Below, one piece after another: positions 10,793 to 22,699 of a stretch of 64,000 nucleotides of DNA. A model generated the notes under the pieces. The model worked only from the letters and a program-made list of their open reading frames with translations, ran no database searches and was not told the origin of the DNA. Every line of letters begins with the position of its first letter. Position 1 is the first letter of the stretch. A program made the position numbers and the translations under genes. Origin of the DNA: Hemiscyllium ocellatum (lineage: Eukaryota). Location: NCBI RefSeq assembly GCF_020745735.1, contig NC_083435.1:28767231-28831230 (forward strand), given 5' to 3'.

Positions 10793-12972
10793 TGGTTTTG
10801 TTCGCGGAGCTGGAAGTTTTTGTTGCAAACGTTTCGTCCCCTGTCTAGGCGACATCATCAGTGCTTTGGAGCCTTCTGCGAAGCGCTTCTTTGATGTTTC
10901 TTCCAGTATTTATAGTGGTCTGTTATTGCTGCTTCCTGTTGTCAGTTTCAGCTTTCCGCTATAGTGGTTGATATATTCAGTCCAGGTCGATGTGTTTGTT
11001 GATGGAGTTTGTGGATGAATGCCATGCCTCTAGGAATTCCCTGGCTGTTCTCTGTCTGGCTTGCCCTATGATAGCGGTGGTGTCCCAGTCGAATTCATGT
11101 TTCCTGTTGCCTGTGTGTGTGGCTACTAGGGTCAAACTAACACACAACAAAGAGGATACTACAACACACACCTGGGTTAAAAACCTCTCCCACAGACAGC
11201 TCACAGACATGGAAAGAACAATACTGGCCAAGGGACTCAACTACAATCTCAGGGATGCCAAGACAGCAGACTTCCTAGCAGCACTGGAATGCACACTCAG
11301 GAACAATGGACTGACAGAAGAGACACAACAAACAGTGAGACAACCTGTCGTACCTATGATGATAAGGAAAAGACAAACACATAACCTCAACACCAAGGAG
11401 AGGGAAGCACTGAAATCACTAAGAAACGATAAGAACATAATCATACTACCAGCAGATAAAGGCAGAATGACGGTCATCCTAGATAAATCAGATTATATCC
11501 AGAAAAGCACAACAACTACTCGCAGATACCATCACCTACCAAATGAAGGAATTTGACCCCACACCACAACTCACCAATAGAACAAATAACACACTAAGGA
11601 ATCTACAAAAAAAAAAGACGAACAGATAACCAAAGCTGACCTGCAAAGAATGAAACTGGAAAGCAACAACACCCCCAGATTCTATGGACTACCCAAAGTA
11701 CACAAACCAGACATCCCACTCAGACCCATAGTATCACTACCAGGGACACCATCATACAAACTGGCCAAAGAACCACAACAGAAACTGAAACACCTGGTCA
11801 GCGGATCCAAACACTCCATACAATCAACACAAGAATTCTTGGACATCATCAGAAATATACACATAGACAAAGAAGAAACCATGATCTCATTCGATGTGAC
11901 AGCACAGTTCACTTCGATTGACAAAACCCTAGCCAGAGAAACAATAGCCAGCCTACTGGACATACAGAACAGAAAACAGGACGCGGAACCTATCAACAAA
12001 GACGGCATACTTAAACTAGTGGACTTGTGCCTCACTACACACTTCACATTCAACAACCAGATATACGAACAAATCAACGGAACACCCATGGGATCACCAA
12101 TCTCGGGACTCATAGCAGAGGCAGTTACGCAAATGTTAGAACAAACAGTCCTACCACAAATTCAACCCAAACTCTGGGTCAGATATGTCGATGACACGTT
12201 TGTAATCATTAAAAACACGGAAATAGAAAAAAACACACCGGATCATCAACGCCACACTCACAGGAATCCGATTCACGAGAGAAGAAGAAAAGGATAGCCA
12301 ACTCCCATTCCTAGACGTGATAGTACAGAGAACACCGAACGGAGAATTCACGACAAGGGTATACAGGAAAGCAACACACACAAACCAAGTCCTAAACTAT
12401 GAAAGTAACCACCCCAACACACAGAAACGAAGCTGCATCAGAACACTATTCAAAAGGGCCACAACACACTGCAGTACACAAGAGGTGCAAAAAGAAGAAG
12501 GGGAACACCTATACAAGGTATTCTCCAAAAACGGATAACCGCGCAACTTCATCAACAGATGCCTAAGAGAAAGACCACGGAACGAGGACATGCCACAACC
12601 CAAAGGACTAGCCACACTACCATACATCAGGAGCGTTTCTGAACTGACAGCCAGACTACTACGACCCTTAGGACTCATAACGGCACACAAACGAACAGCC
12701 ACGCTCAGACAACAACTCACTAGAACGAAGGACCTGATACCCAATATGAGCAAAACTAATGTAGTGTACAAAATACCATGCAAGGACTGCACAAAATACT
12801 ATATAGGAGAAACAGGAAGACAGCTAACGATGCACATACATGAACATCAACTAGCCACGAAACGACACGACCAGCCAGGGGACGAAACGTTTGCAACAAA
12901 AACTTCCAGCTCGGCGAACAGAACCACAACAACGAGCACCCGAGCAACAAATCTTCGCACAAACTTTGATCA
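10793..12972 (+). mobile_element. Penelope/Poseidon-type PLE (family F2) with an inverted 3' segment at its 5' side and a 13-bp TSD
   Basis: Seen: + strand 11131-12874 encodes VKNLSHRQLT, PRFYGLPKVHK, SFDV, GTPMGSPIS, RYVDD and VVYKIPCKDC..YIGETGR, with frameshifts. 10793-11129 is the 3' end in minus orientation. gtagtacttgttg occurs at 10780-10792 and 12973-12985. Confidence 0.92.
10825..10864 (-). ncRNA. Minimal type I hammerhead ribozyme motif (F2)
   Basis: Seen on the minus strand: GCA-CUGAUGA-U-GUCGCC(UAGACA)GGGGAC-GAAAC-GUU-UGC. Stem I is GCA/UGC, helix III is the palindrome ACGU, and the triplet is GUU. Confidence 0.75.
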
Positions 12973-13391
12973 GTAGTACTTGTTGAGCACAGATACATGG
13001 CCATGATCTGCGTCTATCAGGAAGGCAAATTTGGAGCAGTGTGAACATTGCTCAAATCAAACTGTATCTTGGCAATAAGTGTACTTTCCAAAAAAATGTC
13101 AGAACAAATGTAAATTTTCAACAATGTTTTTTTTATTATGTTTCAGTGTGAGACCACTTCATTCAAACAAAAGCATAACAAGATTTGATTGATTACGCCA
13201 GTTTTCAGTCTGACATCTGACTTGTCCCATAACAACATCAATTAAGATTAAAACGCATGTATAGCTGAGGATGTTTGCAAGAAAATTCCGCATGTTCTTC
13301 AGTTATTTGAAATCTGGAGAAGTATCTCATTCATACTAGGGAAACATTAGCAACTCATCTCCAAGTTGTTCTCCATTGTTTTGCTTGTTAA

Positions 13392-14281
13392 TTATTTAAT
13401 TTTAAATTTGACCGAATGTTTCACTATGCTCTTCAATTGTTCCCTGAACTTGGACTGAGTCACCCCATAAATAAATGCATTTGAACAACAATTTAAACTG
13501 AGCAGCATAACTGCTACATCTGCAAAGATACGCATCGAATTATTGTAATATTCAGGACTAATTCCAGTAATGACAAAATACAAGAAATCTATAACATATA
13601 AAAGCCACAGGAGTATGAAGCTGCCAGATATGGTGAAGAGTAGCACCATAGACTTCCTTCTATTCTCCATCTCTGGGTCACGGCAATTCTGTCCTTTGCT
13701 CTGATCCCTCAGTGCCTTCCGAACTTGACTGGTCACTAATATGTATCTGACTGTCAGAGTGTTGAACAACAGAATTAAAGCATACGGGATTAATGGAGTA
13801 AGGACCTTATCAAACCAGTTAAATGCCACCCATGCAGGATCAGTGAAGAAGCTTGGCTTGAAACTGCAGAACCAGGGAATATTGTCAATTATTACTCTAT
13901 GTTCAATGGTGAAGTAGAAGGAAATATCTTTCAAGCAGAGAAGAATGCAGATAGTTGTCTGAACCAGCACTGCAATTTTTCCACTGCAATATTTTGTTTT
14001 CAGCTTTTGGCAACAAATGGCCACAAATCGATCAAAGGAGAAAGTGACAGTAAGCCAGACTGAACATTCTGAGGATGCATAAATCAGGACAAAGTTAATA
14101 TTACACACAGGGGTGATGTTGAGGAATGATTCTGGGAAATAATAGGATATCATTCTCCTTAGTATAAATGCAGTAATAACAACCAGTAGATCAGCAGTTG
14201 CCATGGCTATCAGATAACGAGTGGTGCAGGTGGAGAGTCCACACTTTCCTCGTGATAGAATCAAAATTGCTAATAAATTAA
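13392..14281 (-). CDS. GPR139/GPR142-like orphan class A GPCR, paralogue A, exon 2 (TM1 end to stop)
   Basis: Seen: acceptor ttcttctgcctatcttctAG at 14282-14283, then (V)NLLAILILSRGKCGLS, ATADLL (TM2), SFDRFVAIC (TM3), LTPLIPY (TM5), FILLW (TM6) and NAFIY (TM7). Open to TAA. Confidence 0.92.
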
Positions 14282-14443
14282 CTAGAAGATAGGCAGAAGA
14301 AACAAACTGGATATTACTGATAAATCATGATCTATGTTGACGTGGGAAGTCAAACATTTTATATGTAGAGTAATAGATTGGGAAGTGGAAAGAATAAATA
14401 TTGATGGAAAAGAAAATCAAACATGAATTGAATTTTTCCACAT

Positions 14444-15093
14444 TATTATGGACTAAGCCAGACATCCTCAAAATATTTCAAGAAGGTAGCCCAGACTCTA
14501 ACTTTTCAAATTGTTTTAAGCAGGTGTAAAGTGGATATTCCAGGACTGATGCAGCTGGCCCACCCACTCAGTTTTACATATAACATAGTGTTAGCAAGTT
14601 TTGAGAATACTTGAAAAATAACATAATTTATTAAGTACTACTGAATGAAGCATGGATAAAAGAAAACCAAACTTTGAATAAACTTTGAAACTTTGAAAGC
14701 CCAAATGACTCTATTGCAATGTTTCAAATATTTGCAACATCCACACCAACAGCCCTTTGACAAAAAAAGTAAAATCAAACACAGGTTTTTACAGGAGAAA
14801 GATCAGAGAGAGAGAGGATCAGCATAGAGCTGGTTCTTTGGGTGCCAGGAGCTTATTTTGGTTCCCAGCTAAAACCTGATCAGCAGCTGCAATCAAAACA
14901 TCTTGCTAAGGCTCAATCAAACCCTGAACTGGGGGAACTGCCCATTCCATTTCATTGTACAGTGTTTAAAAAAGAAAACTGAAAAGCTTTCCGAAGAACG
15001 TATTTCCAGACATGTCAAAACCTCTGCATTTAGGACCCCACTGAGAAAAAGGCAAGGACAACATAATCTTGTTAAAGGAGTAAAATCATCACA
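14444..15093 (-). mobile_element. 3' LTR of a Gypsy-type element
   Basis: Seen on the minus strand: polypurine tract aaggggaagg (15103-15094) directly followed by TGTGATG. The other end reads cataata at ~14444 (degenerate CA end, inferred). Confidence 0.6.
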
Positions 15094-16320
15094 CCTTCCC
15101 CTTAAATGAAATGAACTAGCAATATCCTAAGATGACTTCGTTTAAAACCCCTTAATCTCATATTGTTAGTACATTACTGAACATATATACTTCACATTGA
15201 CACCCACCATGCAAACATGCACTACTACATTCTATTTCCGTCCATTTATTCCTGCCACCGAATGCCTCTGTTTCTCAACCAAGGCTCAGCAGTGTGGCAA
15301 CAATCACATTTTCTTGTCCTGCTGCATGCAAAATTTTCAAATTGAATGCCTGTAACAACAAGTTCCATTAAACAGTCTGAATATTTGTCCTTAAATGTTT
15401 CAAAAAGCTTTAATGAATTATAATCAATATATATGATTGTCTCAAATATATTACTGGAAACATTTACATTGAAATGCTGTAATGCTAATGCCAAGATCAA
15501 AGTCTCATTCTCAACTGTCAAATATTTCTGCTGATGAACATCCAATTTTCTGGAGAAATAATCGACAGGTTTTTTTTCTATCTTTTCATCATCATCCTGC
15601 AAAAGCACAGCACTGAGACCCAAATCATTTGCATCGATAGCCACTTTGAATAGCTTTGCATAGATCTCAAGTTGTCGAATGCATCCTGACAGTTCACTGT
15701 CATCTGAAACTTCTTATCTTGTTTATTAATAATTCGTGAGTGGAACAGCTACATTGCTAAATCTTTAAAATAATTTCCAATAAAATCCACTCAAACCCAG
15801 GAATCTGGGATTCACTTTTTGTCAATGGTTTGTGGAACTCGTCAATTTATTTTGCTTTTGCATTCCATGGGGTCATGTGTCCATGTCCAATAATACGACC
15901 CGGAAAGTTTACTTGAAGTTTGCCCAATTCACTCTTAGCCAGTTTTTAATTATCAAGGCTGCCTCCTGAAGTCAATTGAACAATTCTGATAAATGTTGCA
16001 AATACTTTTTCCATGTGTGAGTAAAGAAGTCGCCAAGTTATCAATATAAAGTAAAGAATTGATTAATCCAGAAGTGACCTTATTGGTTAGTCTCTGGAAT
16101 GTGGCTGGTTCATTTTTCAAAACAAATGGTATGACTTTAAATTGATGGAATCCATTTGACATTGCGAAAGCTGAAATTGACTGCTCTCTTTTGGAGCCTC
16201 TGAGTAAGTCCAATTTCCAAATAAATGTTGCTTGACCAAGCATTTCAACACAGTCTTGCAAACGTGGAGTCAGGGATGCATCACTCTTTGTAACGCATTG
16301 ACTTTGTGACAGCTAAACCT
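15094..16320 (-). mobile_element. Degenerate Gypsy LTR-retrotransposon pol (RT, RNase H)
   Basis: Seen: KLDLLRG, PFVLKNEPATFQR and LYIDN (RT); AIDANDLGLSAVLLQ, YFSRKL, ETL and YIDYNSL (RNase H). Multiple disruptions. Confidence 0.88.
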
Positions 16321-16488
16321 TGACCACCAGCAACAAACTAAACAACTTGTTACAACCAAACCAAACCTAACCCTGAACTCAGAGAACTAGCTATTCCCCT
16401 TTCAATGTGCAAGAGCTTAATTGCCACAGAGAGGTCAGAGAGGGGGGCAGACAGATAGAGAGAGAGAGAGAGGGGTGATCATCATAGA

Positions 16489-18063
16489 ACTGCTTCTGTA
16501 ATTGTCTAAGCATATTTACTCATCTTTCTTAAGTACAGGAATTATTTTATCTCTGTGTTAGACCTCTATGCTATATGTTGTTAAATATGTGAAGCATTAT
16601 AACTGCTACATTTTGTCTAGATTCTTTTCATCTGTAACTTGTGAAAACTACAGTCTTTATTTCCTCTTTTAGTTAGTTTATTTTATTCCAATATAACCTC
16701 GTTTTATTTATAATACCCTTAACTCATTGCTAGTCTTATCATTCATTGACATGATCATGTATCTTTAGTTCTCTGATACATTCCAAGGGCAAACAAACGA
16801 TCCTTTAGTATGTCTGCCAGCTCTCTATCTTGAACTGTCTATCCAGCATGAAACCTATTTCTGTTATAGTACCACATTTGTAAATCTCTTTCATAATTTT
16901 TGTTTTCGAGTAATTGTCTAATAATTGCTATTCACAGATCATCTTTTTCTAACTTGATTAATTGATTTAAATCTCTAATTTCCCCTTAGTGTGATCGCTT
17001 ACCATACACTCTAGAATAATGAACTTCATGTTTCTCTTGACTAACCCTCAATTGTCCTACTGCATTCCCAGGACGTCCAAACACAGAGTTTTGGATTAGC
17101 CACATGATCCACTTTCTTAGGGTCTGATCTTGAGTTGCTACCAGAGACATTTCCTTTTACTCATCTCGGGTATCGTCTGGAATTAGTAATGAAAAGAAGA
17201 AAACTCTGGCTGACAGGATTAATCCTGTAGCTCAGGCAAACTCATTTTTTTACCTTATTCAAATGTTAATATTGTCATTATATTTTGGGTTGCAATTGTT
17301 TGTCTGCTTTTTCCCCAATTCTAAACGTTGATGTTGTGACGATGCTGCTCATTTCAGTACAAATTCCAGACAAAGATACCAGAGATGAGTAACAGGAAAT
17401 GAGTCCAGCAGCAACCCAAGATCAGATCCTTAGAAAGTGGATTAAGTGGCTAATCCAAAACACTGTGCTTGGACGTCCTGGGGAAACAGGAGGACAATTG
17501 AGGGTTAGTCAAGAGAAACATGAAGCTCATTATTCTCGAGTGTCTGGTAAGTGATAATACAAAGGGGAAAATTAGAGAATTAAATCAAATTTTCAAATTG
17601 GAAAAAAGAGGATCTGTGAATTCAAACTATTAAACAAATATTATAAAACAAAAAATATATAAACAGACAGACAAATGCAGCACGATAACAGAATTAGGTT
17701 TAATGCTGGATAGACAGTTCAAGATAGAGAGCTGGCAGACATACTAAAAGATCGTTTGTTTGACCTTGGAAGGTACGAGAGACCTAAAGATATATGATCA
17801 TATTAATGAATAACAAGACCAGCAATGAGATAATGGTATTATAAGTAAAAAAGAGGATATATTGGAAGAAAATATACAAACTAAATGTGGAAATAAAGAC
17901 TGTGGTTTTCACAACTTACAGTTGAAAAGAATCTAGACAAAATGTAGCAGTTATAATGCTTCACATACTGAACAAGATACAGCATAGAGGAATAATACAC
18001 AGATAAAACAATTCCTGTACTTAAGAAAGAGGAATAAACATGCTGAGAGAATTACAGACCAGT
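16489..18063. repeat. Long inverted duplication: arms ~16489-17194 and ~17352-18063, spacer ~157 bp
   Basis: Seen: colinear reverse-complement matches along the whole arm. Examples: ttccaagggcaaacaaacgatcctttagtatgtctgccagctctctatcttgaactgtctatccagca (2 mismatches in 68) and ttgactaaccctcaattgtcc...gatcttgagttgct (~89%). Confidence 0.93.
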
Positions 18064-19720
18064 GGGCCTAATTTTGATGAAAATGAAAATAATGAAATTC
18101 GTAAGGAAAGAAATTAAAAATATCTAAAAATAGGAATTATTACAATTAATAACATGACTTTCAAAAGTGAGAGCCCAACTTATCTGTAGAAGCATAGAAA
18201 AAGTATCAGAAGTAGGCCATTCGGACCTTAGAGCCTACAACGTCATTCAATATGGTCATGACTTATCATCCAACTCAGTATCTTGCTTGTGCTTTCTCCC
18301 TTTCCTTTTGATCACTTCAGTCCTAAGAAATATACGTAACTTCTTCTTGAAATCATTCAATGTCAGTAAGATTTTCTACTAGTAACTGAATTAAAGGCAA
18401 CTATTTACCTACAACAATTTACTGTTGGATTTTTAAAAAGGAACTTGGTATTTTCCCCACTCTAATGTAAGACTGACTAATTCCCTGTTTTTTCTCTCGA
18501 TATATATTTTTTAAAATCTAGAAGGTTTACATTAATCTTGAACCTTGGTTAACCTCGAATTCATTGGAACTAATCCAGAGTCAATAGAACTTTGAAAGAT
18601 GACCACCAATGCATTGAACATTTCTGTGACCACTTCCTTAAGCATTCTTTGATGTATATCAACAAGGTCTGGAGATTCATTGTTCTTTAATTCCATCAAT
18701 TACCCTAACAACATTTCCCTAATAAAACTGACTTTCTTCAGTGCGTACTTCTCATTAGGCGCTGTGCTCCACAACGTTTTTGGGAGTTTATTTGAAGATT
18801 CTTCATAAAGGCAGAATCAAAGTCTGTACTTAATTGGTCTGCCATCTCTTCATTACCAATTATAACTTCTTCTCATTTTCGCTGTCAGTGGCTTCCATTT
18901 GTGATCACTTAATTTTGTTTTTCTGTTCACATATCTATAGATGTTTTTACACTTTGTATGAATGTTCTCAAAATGTTTGCCCCTGTACTATAATATCCGC
19001 CATCTTAATAAAATGATAATACAATAAGGATCGATATAAGAATAGGCTGTTTCGTCCCTCAAACGAGCTCCACCATTCAACAGGATCATGGCTAATCTGG
19101 CATTCCTCATGTCCATTTTTCTATCATTTCCTGTAACTCTTAACTCTCATACTGATAAAGACAACTTATCTTTGAATAACCATCAGGACTCTCCCAACAC
19201 AGCATTCTATTGCTTGTCTCACCAAAACTTTTTGTTAAAACAGTGACAAAGATAACTGAAGATATGACTGATCTGGGTTTTTTTTAATCATCCTTGGTAT
19301 TGTGCACAAGTGTGGATGAATGAGTGAAATGAGGGAAAGTGAAGTCACGGGGCAAATGGCAGATCAGGATGGAATCATTGTTTTTCACAATATACATTAA
19401 TGATCATGCAGTGCATCCAAAAATTAAAGGGTGGAGGATTAAGGTCAGAGGGACAAGTTATAAAAGGGACCTAAGAGACAACTGTATCATGCACAGGCTT
19501 GTGCATATATGGAATGAGCTGAGCGAGGAAGTGTGGAGGCGTGTAAAGTTACAACAACTAAAAGGCACCTGGATGGATAGTTGAACAGTAAAAGTTTACA
19601 GGGACATTGTCAAAATACTGGCAAATTGCATTAGATTAATTTAGGATATCTGGTCAGAATGGATGAGGCGGATCCAAAAGTCGGATTCTGTGCTGAACAA
19701 CTGTATGTCTCTATGACTGT
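18064..19720. mobile_element. Mosaic of old CR1 fragments in both orientations
   Basis: Seen: RT-like continuation after 18063, minus-strand 3' ends at ~18200 and ~19020, and a plus-strand 3' end at 19430-19720 ending ctctatgact. Confidence 0.6.
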
Positions 19721-20453
19721 AATGGTTTTGATACTGGAATCAAGAACTCAGTTTATAAATTTGCAGCTGACAAATAATTAAGGGGAAGCAAGGCATGTAT
19801 GTGAGGGAGAACTGAGTAGGTGGCCATGACAGCAGGCATTAATGAGAAAGGAAGCAAGGAGCCTTGAAAGAAGAAATAATATTCACTTTGTTTGGAACAA
19901 ATTGCCACTTTCGTTGCGCTGTATGTCTGATGTCATCAATATTTACTTTGAAAGCATTATCAACAGCAAAATGCTTACCCTTTGCTGTTGATTATGTCTG
20001 AAAAGGAAGGCGGCAGTTTCATTGAGAAAAACGAAATGCAAACAAAACAAAGAGAACAATTCCAGGGACTGACCAATTCCAATACTGACTCTCTGCGTGT
20101 CTCCTGTACTGATCACTGACGCGGCTGTACATAATGTACCATAAAGGAAACAAATTGAAGACAACCAATGAGACTGAGAGTTATGAACATGTTTATTGTC
20201 TCTCTAAACAAATGAACAAAACTGGAAATGTAATTCAGGATGTTTAAATTTTAAAAAAAGTCACCGTTCCAGATCTGATAAGATAAAAAGCATAATTATT
20301 AATCAAGACTAAAATGACAGAATGATTCCCTATCACTGATTTACAGATTTCAACTCTCAGAATAAATTGCCAGAAACTGCAAAAAAGGAATAAAGAAATC
20401 CTGTTTCAATCCAGGAACTGACTCATTCTCCGAAAAACGCAAGCGATACTTAC

Positions 20454-20517
20454 CAGGAACACCAATGATGGAAAGAATTGTGTAGTATGCTTTCTTGATG
20501 CTGAAAAATGCTTCCAT
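20454..20517 (-). CDS. GPR139-like paralogue A, coding exon 1
   Basis: Seen: ATG MEAFFSIKKAYYTILSIIGVP+G|GTAAGT, 64 nt, phase 1. It joins exon 2 in frame (64+890=954 nt, 317 aa) and has an in-frame stop upstream of the ATG. Intron 14282-20453. Confidence 0.88.
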
Positions 20518-21810
20518 ATTTTTCTTTGTGATGTGATCTGTCCCTTGATGCTGCCGGCTATCCCTTTAAATTGGACTCTAAAGCAATATATTGGCAAAAC
20601 CTTCTACTTTAATCTTTGGCACCTCCGTAGGGAAATTCACATTACGGGATTGCTCAATATAGTTTCGTTAGTGACAATGAGAACCTGGTAATTATTTTAA
20701 ATCATTATAATTTCACGTATTACTTGTTTGTGAGATTGAATAAGCGAATCAATTTTCATTTCATGAATTTTTTGGCTGAAATTGCAAGCTGTAATCCACT
20801 AGTGATGGTATTAATCAGCTCTTCAGTGTGCACATGCGACCAAAATTTAATGAAATCTGATAACTTGGAAGGATTTGGGACTCAAGATAAGAGCGGATTT
20901 GAAGGTTTGAGACAAAGCTTGACCAAAATTTGACAGAGTAGGAATTAAAAACATAACTGAGGCCTGAGAGAGAGAAATATTTGGGGGAAAAGAAGTTCTA
21001 TTGCTACAGGAGCAAGGAATCTGCTTGTACTATTAAATGACGTCAGTCATGCAGGAAAATGAGACACGAAATGAAAATTAAAGAAATGGTTGATATGAGG
21101 GTTCAGAACAGGAGTGAGCCGATAGACCGAGCGAATTATTTTTTATTATTCAGTAACAGAATATGGACGTCACTGGCCAGCCCAGTGTTTAGTACCCATT
21201 CCTCATCATCCAGAGGGCAGTTGAGAATTAATCACATTGCTGTTGTACCAGAGTCACATGTTGGCCAGATGGGTAACGATGGCCAAGATCCTAAATACAA
21301 AATGGTTTTAGATTTAAAGTTCATTAGTAAATCAGAAAGGTTTTTCCCACACTCGGAATAGACACCCAGGCATATATAAGTCTATGGGGTGTATTGAGTT
21401 TGCAGAATTATATTTGCAGATACATTCCGTTTTGCTCAAAAAGAGCACAGTCTGAAGGTAGTCAATGCAGGCAGTCCATTCATGTAATATTTTATGAATT
21501 CCTATTTTGGAAATAGCACACGTCTGATTCAAAATTGGGATACATACAGCCGGACTCTAACCTCACAGCTTTAATGCATTGTATGAGCTGAAATGTCACT
21601 TTTTTTAAAAAAAGTAAAACTTTGCTTTCTTGAGAATGCGACTAAAATGAAGTTCTGGGATTTACATATTAATGAATTGAAACCTGAAACCAATTCCAAA
21701 AGACGAAAGACTTAACAGCAGTCTAGTTTTGTTCAATATAGCATTTTGGTTGCGTGACACTGTCATCTTTTGTGAAAAATTCTGCGTCTTTTGATCCTTT
21801 TTCAAAGTTA

Positions 21811-21925
21811 CCAAATGAAGGATCAGCAGTCCAAAAGGTTGTGCTTCCAAATAAACCCGTTGGATGAAAACTTAGTGTTGTGTGATTTTTAACTGTGTCC
21901 ACCCCAGTCCAACATCGGCACCTCT
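21811..21925 (+). mobile_element. Short degenerate PLE-type 3' terminus (family F3)
   Basis: Seen: decayed hammerhead (ccaaatgaaggatcagcagtccaaaagg), then gtgcttccaaataaacccgttgga...gtgttgtgtgatttttaact and gtccaccccagtccaac. Confidence 0.7.
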
Positions 21926-21969
21926 GCTTGATGGATAAAAGGGCATTGAATTACCATCACAGACAAAAT

Positions 21970-22330
21970 AAGCACTCCCTCATTACTTAACTTCTGACAG
22001 TGCGGCACTCCCTCAGTACTGACTCTCTGAACTTTCAGCACTCCCTCAGCATTGACCCTATGAAGCACTCCCTCAGTACTGTCCCTCTGAAAATGTAACA
22101 TTCCCTCTGTATTGACGCTCTGACAGTGCAGCACTCCTTCAGTACTGACTCTCTGTCAGTGCAACACTCCCTCAGCACTGACCTTCTGATCGTGCAGCAC
22201 TCGCTCAGTATTGGTCCTCTGACAATGCATCAATCAATTACCACTGACCTACTAACAGTGCAGCACTCCCTCAGTACTGAACATCGGACAATACAGCAAT
22301 CTGTTACTACTGATGACATAACAGTGTTAG
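21970..22330 (+). repeat. 33-bp minisatellite (ctgacagtgcagcactccctcagtactgaccct), ~10 degenerate units
   Basis: Seen: period of 33 (ctga at 21994 and 22027). No unique spacers. Confidence 0.9.
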
Positions 22331-22450
22331 CGTTGTCTCAACATTGACGTTCTCATAATTCATGATTCCTCAGTGTTCTACTTCTGTTAATGCAATACTT
22401 CACAAAGAGGTTCTTGTGACAGAGCAACACTGCCCAAGGAGTACTGTGAG

Positions 22451-22583
22451 AAAGTGAGGACTGCAGATGATGGAGACCAGAGTTACAAAATGTGGTGCTG
22501 GAAAAAAAACAGAAGGCCAGACAGTATGTGAGGTGCAGGAGAATCGATGTATCGGGTATAAGTTCTTCTTCAGGAAGGCGATT
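22451..22583 (-). mobile_element. 133-bp F1-type PLE terminus (hammerhead plus tail) with a perfect 17-bp TSD
   Basis: Seen: ccaaggagtactgtgag at 22434-22450 and 22584-22600. The minus-strand insert reads ttcctgaagaagaacttatacccgatacatcgattctcc...catctgcagtcctcactttc. Confidence 0.88.
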
Positions 22584-22699
22584 CCAAGGAGTACTGTGAG
22601 CAGTTTTGCTCCCCTTAGTTCAGCAAAGATGTCACTTCGCTGGAGGCCAATGCAAAGAAGATTCAGTGGAACAATCGCTTTTGGCAAAAAAGTCTAAAC

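Noticed and set aside
21970-22330. Regular 33-bp periodicity (and the 17-bp array at 34960-36900) as CRISPR-like arrays
   Set aside because: Contiguous degenerate units with no unique spacers, no cas genes, and a vertebrate context.
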